NCBI GenBank assembly: GCA_964476495.1
Contig: CAYZBB010000002.1
Location: forward strand, 1,783 to 25,782
Direction of reading: 5' to 3'
DNA length: 24,000 nucleotides
From: an uncultured Actinomycetes bacterium
GTDB taxonomy: Bacteria > Actinomycetota > Actinomycetes > Mycobacteriales > Nakamurellaceae
Part shown: one piece after another, positions 15,457-24,000 of the stretch
How the letters are laid out: each line of letters starts with the position of its first letter
How positions within the stretch are numbered: the stretch's first letter is position 1
The notes under the pieces: generated by a model
Databases searched by the model: none
What the model was told of the DNA's origin: nothing
Seen by the model: only the letters and a program-made list of their open reading frames with translations
Program-made: the position numbers and the translations under genes

Positions 15457-15630
15457 GTGCGCATTCTCGCCCAAGATTCCCGGACCCGCCGCCGGACGGC
15501 TCGACGCCCGACCTGGGGTTCCGCGGCGGGTGCACCCTTAGGTCACGGGCCCGGCGGCACGGTCACCGGGCCAGGCACGAGCCCCACCGCGAGCTGTCCG
15601 AATTGCCGGCATCGGACCGACAATGGGCCA

Positions 15631-16779
15631 ATGAGCGACGGCCGCCTCCTCACCCCCGGATTCGTCATGCTGATGGGGTCGGACCTGGCGTACTTCCTGG
15701 CGGCCGGGGCGCTGCTCGGCGTCACGCCGTTCTTCGTGACCGGCCCGCTCGGCGCGGGCCCGGGTGCGGTGGGCATGGTGATCGGCGCGTTCAGCGTCAC
15801 AACGCTGCTCATCCGCCCGTGGGTCGGCCGCTGGTCCGACGAGTTCGGCCGCCGCCAGTTTCTCGTCGGCGGCTCGGTGGTTTTCGCCGGGACCGTGCTG
15901 CTGCACCTGGTGGTCACCGAGGTGTGGCAGCTGGTGCTGGTGCGGATGGCGCTCGGCGTCGCCGAAGGCGCCTACTTCGTGGCCGGTTTCGCCGCGTTGG
16001 CGGACCTGGCACCGGCCGGGAGGGAGGGCGAGGCGCTGAGCCTGGGCTCGGTGTCCACGTTCCTCGGGATCGCCGTCGGCCCGGTGGGTGGGCAGCTGGT
16101 GCTGGACGCGGGCGGCTTCCGTGCGGTGTGGCCGGCGGTGGCCCTCTGTGCCGGGGTTGCCGCCCTGCTGGCACTCGGGGTGGGCGAGACGAACTCGGCA
16201 CCGGCAACGCCGGGCGGGCGCCAGCCGCTGATCCATCGACCTGCGGTCAGGCCCGGTCTCGCCCTGTTCTGCGGAGTGGCCGCATCGGCGGGATTCCTGG
16301 CCTTCGCCGGCCTGCACGCCGACGCGCTGGGCCTGCGGCAATGGAGCTCGGTGCTGCTCGCCTACGGCGCGGTGATCGTGGTCGTGCGGATCGCATTCGC
16401 CAGGGCCATCGACCACTGGCCGGGACGGGTGGTCGCGATCGCCGCGCTCGGGTTGTCGGCCACCGGTCTGATCGTGGTCAGCGTCGCCGCGACGATTCCC
16501 GGCGTCATCGCCGGTGCCGTCGTCGTCGCCGTCGGTGCGGCCCTGCTGACGCCGGCGATCTTCGCACTCATCTTCTCCGGGGTGGAACCGTCCCGGCGGG
16601 GGGCCGCGGCCGCGACCGCGTCGGTGTTCATCGATCTCGGGCTGAGCCTGGGACCGATTCTGGTCGGAATCATGGTGCGCCAAGCGGGCTTCGCGGCGGG
16701 GTTCGGCGCCGCGGCCGTCCTCGCGGTGGCCGGGGCGGGGATCGCGGCCACGGCGAGGACGGTTGCCAGGCCCGCCTGA
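15631..16779 (+). CDS. MFS transporter
   Basis: MFS motif A, GRWSDEFGRRQ, lies between TM2 and TM3. 12 predicted hydrophobic segments. The first ATG in frame is 15631 (MSDGRLLTPGFVMLMG...). The upstream part of the ORF is Pro/Arg-rich. Confidence 0.82.
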   Translation: MSDGRLLTPGFVMLMGSDLAYFLAAGALLGVTPFFVTGPLGAGPGAVGMVIGAFSVTTLLIRPWVGRWSDEFGRRQFLVGGSVVFAGTVLLHLVVTEVWQLVLVRMALGVAEGAYFVAGFAALADLAPAGREGEALSLGSVSTFLGIAVGPVGGQLVLDAGGFRAVWPAVALCAGVAALLALGVGETNSAPATPGGRQPLIHRPAVRPGLALFCGVAASAGFLAFAGLHADALGLRQWSSVLLAYGAVIVVVRIAFARAIDHWPGRVVAIAALGLSATGLIVVSVAATIPGVIAGAVVVAVGAALLTPAIFALIFSGVEPSRRGAAAATASVFIDLGLSLGPILVGIMVRQAGFAAGFGAAAVLAVAGAGIAATARTVARPA

Positions 16780-16782
16780 AGC

Positions 16783-16809
16783 GCCGGGCCTGATGTGCCG
16801 GGCCTGATG
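16783..16809. repeat. Tandem 13-bp direct repeat (GCCGGGCCTGATG x2, period 14) overlapping a hairpin at the MFS stop
   Basis: The copies are at 16783-16795 and 16797-16809. CAGGCCCG (16767-16774) pairs with CGGGCCTG (16785-16792) across the TGA stop, and could alternatively pair with the second copy. It lies between convergent genes and may act as a terminator. Confidence 0.5.
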
Positions 16810-16813
16810 CGAT

Positions 16814-16933
16814 TCAGCGGCGGCGAATGCGCAGGCGCCGCAACCGTGGCGGGGTCGGAAGCCGGCGCCGGCTCTCCACCTCCTTGAGCATCTGGTGGTG
16901 CATCTTCAGGTGATAGTCGGGATGCAGGTACAT
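16814..16933 (-). CDS. Unannotated 39-aa ORF: MYLHPDYHLKMHHQMLKEVESRRRLPTPPRLRRLRIRRR (His/Met-rich N-terminal half, Arg-rich tail)
   Basis: ATG 16933 is preceded by GAGGAG with a 6-nt spacer. It lies 36 nt downstream of the copA stop on the same strand with no intervening hairpin. 33 of 38 third positions are G/C. It is below the ORF-track length cutoff. Confidence 0.45.
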   Translation of the reverse strand: MYLHPDYHLKMHHQMLKEVESRRRLPTPPRLRRLRIRRR

Positions 16934-16969
16934 CGGGGACTCCTCGGGGTTGTGAAGACGAGCGGTGGA

Positions 16970-20208
<3,239 letters not shown>

Positions 20209-20212
<4 letters not shown>

Positions 20213-20442
20213 GGCAGCAGGGTGTAGCCGGCCTCGTCGGTGGCCGCGGCGATGTCCGCCCGGTCGACAGCCTGGTTGGTGTGCACGGTGACGGTGCCGG
20301 AGGCCAGGTCGACCTCGACCCGCACGACGCCGGGGACCAGGCCGATCTCCTGCTCGACGGCGCGGCGGCAGTGCTCGCAGGTCATCCCGGAGACCCGGAA
20401 CGTGGTGCTGGCGACGAAGGTGCGTGGGGTGTTGCTCATCAT
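20209..20442 (-). CDS. copZ: Copper chaperone CopZ-like HMA-domain protein
   Basis: FRVSGMTCEHCRRAVEQEI (MxCxxC) in a ferredoxin-like ~70-aa domain. ATG 20442 is preceded by GAGGAGAA. The longer Cys-rich ORF start at 20532 overlaps the MFS gene and has no RBS. Confidence 0.88.
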
Positions 20443-20452
20443 GACGTTCTCC

Positions 20453-21895
20453 TCAGTGATGGTGAGAGTGGTTGGTCGCCGGGGTCTTTCCGCCCGGCAC
20501 GGCGAACAGCGCGAACAGGAACAGGACGGCAATCACGCCGGCGGTGGCGGTGAAGGCGGCCCCGTAGCCGCTGATCAGGCCGGTGCGGGTGGCCAGGTCG
20601 CCGGCGACCGCGGTGAGCGCGGCGACACCGAGGGCGGCGCCGACCTCGTGCCCGGTCATCAACAGACCGGAGGCCAGGCCCGACTTCTCGTCGGGCACCT
20701 CGCTCATCGCGGCCAAGGAGATCGCGACGAACATTGGCCCGACCCCGGCGCCGACCAGCAGCAGTCCGGGCAGCACGTGCCAGGCATAGGCCTCACCGCC
20801 GGCCCCGGCGGCCAGCAGCAGCACACCGGCGGCCATGACGACCAGACCCTCCAGGATCAGGGCACGGGCACCGACCCGGCCGATCACCTTGGACGCCACC
20901 ATCGCGGTCAGGGTGATCGCGCCGGCCAGCGGCAGGAACTGCAGGCCGGCAACGACGGCGGACGACCCGACGACGGTTTGCAGGTACAGCGAGCACAGGA
21001 AGATCGCGCCGACCACGATGCCGGTGACGCCGGCCATCACCACCGAGGCGGACACCAGGGAGCGGATCCGCCAGGTGGAAGGGGGCACCAGCGGGCTGCG
21101 GCTGCGCCGTTCCAGCCGCGCGAACGCGGTCAGCAGAATGGCGGCGAGGGCGAGCGAACCCCAGGTGCGCGGAGCGGCAAGGCCTGCCGACCGGATGGAC
21201 TCGATGCCGAAGACGAGCAGCAGCAGCCCGCCGACCAGGGTGACCGCACCCGGCACGTCCAGCCGGCGCAGCGCACCCGGCCGCGACTCGCCGGAGGCGA
21301 CAATACGCAATATCGACGCGATGACCGCGATTCCGATCGGCACGTTGATGAAGAACACCGCCCGCCAGCCGAACGCGCTGGTCAAGATGCCGCCGAAAAG
21401 CACCCCGGCCGCGATCCCGAGGCTGCCGACGGTGCCCCAGACGGCCAGCGCGGTCTGCCGTTGCCGTCCGGAGTAGCTGGTCATGACGATCGACAGGGCG
21501 GCCGGGGTGAGCAGCGCGGCGCCGGCACCCTGCGCGGCCCTGGCCAGGATGAGCATGAGCGGGTTCTGCGCCATGCCGCTGACCAGCGACGCCACGGTGA
21601 ACAGGGCGACACCGGCGAGGAACGCGCGGCGCCGGTTCATCAGATCGGCGATGCGACCGCCGAGCAGCAGCAGGCCGCCGGAGAGCAGCACGTAGGCGCT
21701 GATCATCCACTGGTAGTCGCCGGCCGACAGGTGCAGCGACTCGCTGATGCTGGGCAGCGCGACGTTCACCACCGAGACGTCCAGGATCACCATGATCTGG
21801 GCAGCGATGGCGATCGCGAAGACTGTCCAACCTCGTCGCGGCTCGTCGTGTGGATGCTCGGGTGGTGCATGTTCGGTGCTGGGATGGGCCGACAT
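20453..21895 (-). CDS. DHA2 (EmrB/QacA-type, 14-TMS) MFS transporter with His-rich N- and C-termini
   Basis: ILDVSVVNVALPSI (the DHA2 TM1 signature) and motif A GGRIADLMNRRR. N-terminus MSAHPSTEHAPPEHPHDE, C-terminus NHSHHH. ATG 21895 is preceded by GGAGGAGG. The stop lies 10 nt before the copZ start, with the copZ RBS abutting it. Confidence 0.88.
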   Translation of the reverse strand: MSAHPSTEHAPPEHPHDEPRRGWTVFAIAIAAQIMVILDVSVVNVALPSISESLHLSAGDYQWMISAYVLLSGGLLLLGGRIADLMNRRRAFLAGVALFTVASLVSGMAQNPLMLILARAAQGAGAALLTPAALSIVMTSYSGRQRQTALAVWGTVGSLGIAAGVLFGGILTSAFGWRAVFFINVPIGIAVIASILRIVASGESRPGALRRLDVPGAVTLVGGLLLLVFGIESIRSAGLAAPRTWGSLALAAILLTAFARLERRSRSPLVPPSTWRIRSLVSASVVMAGVTGIVVGAIFLCSLYLQTVVGSSAVVAGLQFLPLAGAITLTAMVASKVIGRVGARALILEGLVVMAAGVLLLAAGAGGEAYAWHVLPGLLLVGAGVGPMFVAISLAAMSEVPDEKSGLASGLLMTGHEVGAALGVAALTAVAGDLATRTGLISGYGAAFTATAGVIAVLFLFALFAVPGGKTPATNHSHHH

Positions 21896-22029
21896 CTGTC
21901 CTCCTCCATGGGGTCCGGTGCGTGTTCCGGGGCGCGTTCACCGTCCTCGCCGCCGCCCACCGGTGGCGCCGGTGAAATCGCCGGGATCTGGGCGGTACCT
22001 GGACCTGCGGCACTGGGTACGGTCACGTC

Positions 22030-24000
22030 GTGCTGGCCGGACGGGACGCCGAACGAGCGTCGATCGCCGCGCTGCTGGACACCGCGGGAGCGGGCGGCGG
22101 CGGGGCGCTAATCCTCCGCGGCATCGCCGGGTCCGGCAAGTCGACCCTGCTCGCGGCCGCCGTCGACGACGCGGCCGGACGGCTGCGGGTGCTGCGCACG
22201 TCGGGGGTGGAGTCGGAGTCGCCGCTGGCGTTCGCAGCCCTGCAGCGGCTGCTGCGCCCGCTGCGGTCCCGGCTCACCGCACTGGCCGCGCCACAACGCC
22301 TCTCGCTGCAGGCCGCGCTCGGTGAGGCGACGGGCGAGGGTGACCGGTTCCTGGCGTTCCTGGGCACGCTGAACGTGCTCGCGGACGCCGCGGACGACGC
22401 GCCGCTGCTGGTGGTGATCGACGACGCGCACTGGCTGGACGAGGCGTCCGCGGCGGCGCTGCTGTTCGTCGCCCGCCGGTTGCAGGCCGAACGGCTGGCG
22501 ATGCTGTTCGCCGTCCGCGAGCCGCACCCGTTCGACGCCGACGACCTGGCCGTCCTGACGCTCGGTGGGCTGTCCGGGTCCGCGGCCGACGCCGTCATCG
22601 GCGAACGGTCCGGAGGTCCGGTCGACCCCGAGGTGCGCGACCGACTGGTGGCCGCCACCGGCGGGAACCCACTGGCACTCGGCGAGCTCGCCGAGGCGCT
22701 CGGACCGCAGCGGGTGGCCGGAACGGTGCCGCTGCCGACACGGCTGCCGGTCACCGACGGAGTCGAAAGGGGTTTCCTGGAACGGATCCGGCGGCTGGAC
22801 GAGCCGGCGCAGCGATACCTGCTGGTTGCGGCCGCGGACGACACGGGACGGGCGACGACCGTCCGCGATGCCGCGGCCCGTCTGGATGCCGGTGACGACG
22901 CGCTCGACGCGATCGAACGCACCGGACTGATCAGCGTCGAGGGGAACGAGATCCGGTTGTTCCACCCGTTGGTGCGGTCCGCGGTGTACGGGGCGTCGAC
23001 CAGCGCCCAGCGCCGGGCCGCGCATCGGGCGCTGGCCGACGCCCTGGCCGGCGATCCGGATCGACAGGCATGGCACCTGGCCGCGGCCGCCGATCGGGCC
23101 GACGAGACGGTCGCGGCCGCATTGTCCGGCGTGGCACGACGGGCGACGGAACGCGGCGGGCATGAGGCCGCCGCCAGTGCTTGGGCCCGGGCCGCCGAAC
23201 TGACCGCCGACGCCGCAGTCCGAGCGGGCAGGCTCGCCGCAGCCGCGCAGGCGGCATGGATGGCGTCACAACCGATCCGGGCCCGTTCGCTGACCGACGC
23301 TGCCCTGGCTGACGCGACAGATCCCTTGCTGCGGGCGGACCTTCATCGGCTGAGGGCGCGGGTCGAGTGGAACATCGGGTCGCCGCTGGTCGCTCATCGT
23401 TCGTTGCTGTCCGCGGCCGAGGAGGTGTTCGACATCGACGTCGAGCGGGCCCGGACGATGACCCTGCTCGCGGCCGCGGTCGCCTGCTTCGCGCCGGACG
23501 GCGTGCAGGACATGTCCGCTCGTTCGGCGGTGCTGGGCGACCCGGCGCGGGCCCCGGAGCCGGCGGCCCGAACCTGCGCCAGGTTGCTGGCCGGCTTCGT
23601 GCATCTGCGGGCCGGCCGGTTCGACATCGCGGCCGAGCAATTGCGCCTCGCCATCGCCGACCGGGCATCGAGCGCGGACCGAGACGTGCTGGCCAACATG
23701 GGCATCGCCGCCTGCCAGCTGGGGGACGACGCGGTGGTGCTCGATCTGCACGCGCTGCTGCTCGCGCAAGCCCGCGAATCGGGCGCCCTGGTTGCGGTCG
23801 CGCACGCGCTCACCCGACGAGCGTTCGGCGAGATCGCCGTCGGCGACTGGGCCGCCACCGCCGATGGCGCCGCGGAGTCGCTGGATCTGGCATCCAGCAG
23901 TGGCCAGCCCGCGCTGACCCAGCTCCCGCACGCCTGGCTGGCGTTGATCGCGGCGTTGCGGGACCGGCCGGAGGTGTCGAGCGCGCACATGGACGCGCTG
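22030..24000 (+). CDS. Large AAA-ATPase regulator, N-terminal and middle part (LAL/LuxR-family type; C-terminal end outside the window)
   Basis: This frame is open from GTG 22030 to the window end (657 codons), so it is absent from the ORF track. VLAGRDAERASIAALLD..., Walker A GIAGSGKST (nt 22120-22146), Walker B LLVVIDDAHWLDEAS, GGNPLALGEL, then a long helical-repeat (TPR-like) region. In-frame stop at 21973-21975 upstream. The LuxR HTH itself is not visible. Confidence 0.8.
   Translation, partial: MLAGRDAERASIAALLDTAGAGGGGALILRGIAGSGKSTLLAAAVDDAAGRLRVLRTSGVESESPLAFAALQRLLRPLRSRLTALAAPQRLSLQAALGEATGEGDRFLAFLGTLNVLADAADDAPLLVVIDDAHWLDEASAAALLFVARRLQAERLAMLFAVREPHPFDADDLAVLTLGGLSGSAADAVIGERSGGPVDPEVRDRLVAATGGNPLALGELAEALGPQRVAGTVPLPTRLPVTDGVERGFLERIRRLDEPAQRYLLVAAADDTGRATTVRDAAARLDAGDDALDAIERTGLISVEGNEIRLFHPLVRSAVYGASTSAQRRAAHRALADALAGDPDRQAWHLAAAADRADETVAAALSGVARRATERGGHEAAASAWARAAELTADAAVRAGRLAAAAQAAWMASQPIRARSLTDAALADATDPLLRADLHRLRARVEWNIGSPLVAHRSLLSAAEEVFDIDVERARTMTLLAAAVACFAPDGVQDMSARSAVLGDPARAPEPAARTCARLLAGFVHLRAGRFDIAAEQLRLAIADRASSADRDVLANMGIAACQLGDDAVVLDLHALLLAQARESGALVAVAHALTRRAFGEIAVGDWAATADGAAESLDLASSSGQPALTQLPHAWLALIAALRDRPEVSSAHMDAL

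Noticed and set aside
15457-15474. TTG 15474 as the start of the first MFS-like gene. Also an internal GAAGGAGG (around 15409-15416 on the minus strand) as an alternative RBS.
   Set aside because: The ATG at 15456 is the first canonical start. No in-frame start codon follows the internal Shine-Dalgarno-like sequence at a usable distance. The start remains uncertain.
20443-20532. Cys-rich N-terminal extension of CopZ (MPSCSCSRCSPCRAERPRR...), tempting as an extra metal-binding tail.
   Set aside because: It overlaps the last 80 nt of the MFS gene in another frame and has no RBS. The internal ATG 20442 has a strong GAGGAGAA RBS and gives a canonical ~77-aa HMA protein.
21896-22029. Search for a CsoR/CopY/CueR-type operator upstream of the copper operon.
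   Set aside because: I found only a CACCGG-N5-CCGGTG palindrome (21958-21974) and GGTACC/GGGTAC repeats. None resembles the operator consensus sequences I know, so no operator is called.

Overview
This is a very GC-rich segment with actinobacterial-style codon bias (G/C at almost every third position). I recognised no rRNA, tRNA, transposase or true CRISPR array.

- **1-9217, hydrogenase maturation operon.** One tightly packed plus-strand operon with many ATGA/GTGA start-stop overlaps. It is the maturation half of an actinobacterial uptake [NiFe]-hydrogenase locus: endopeptidase, hypC, hypF, a second hypC, hypD and hypE. These genes are interleaved with five ORFs of unknown function, and the operon ends in an alpha/beta hydrolase. 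The structural genes and hypA/hypB must lie upstream, outside the window.
- **9220-13812, three two-gene modules.** These are vapBC, a divergent MarR / C45-type Ntn-hydrolase pair, and a divergent XRE-HTH / cytoplasmic vWA-domain pair.
- **13813-14127, non-coding spacer.** It lies between convergent genes and carries a perfect 29-bp direct repeat (2 copies) plus inverted repeats.
- **14128-16779, transporters.** Two divergent MFS-type transporters.
- **16814-21895, copper operon (my top candidate for something undescribed).** A minus-strand operon: DHA2-type MFS with His-rich termini, then copZ, then a Cu(I) P1B-ATPase, then an unannotated 39-aa His/Met-rich ORF with a strong RBS. The ATPase carries an unusual ~326-aa C-terminal extension: a ninth TM helix, a Met-rich strip and an internally duplicated His-containing domain. 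No CsoR/CopY/MerR-type regulator is visible.
- **22030 to the window edge, regulator.** The N-terminal part of a large AAA-ATPase (LAL/LuxR-type) regulator, open at the window end and therefore missing from the ORF track.

All family assignments come from motif recognition by eye. No database search was run.
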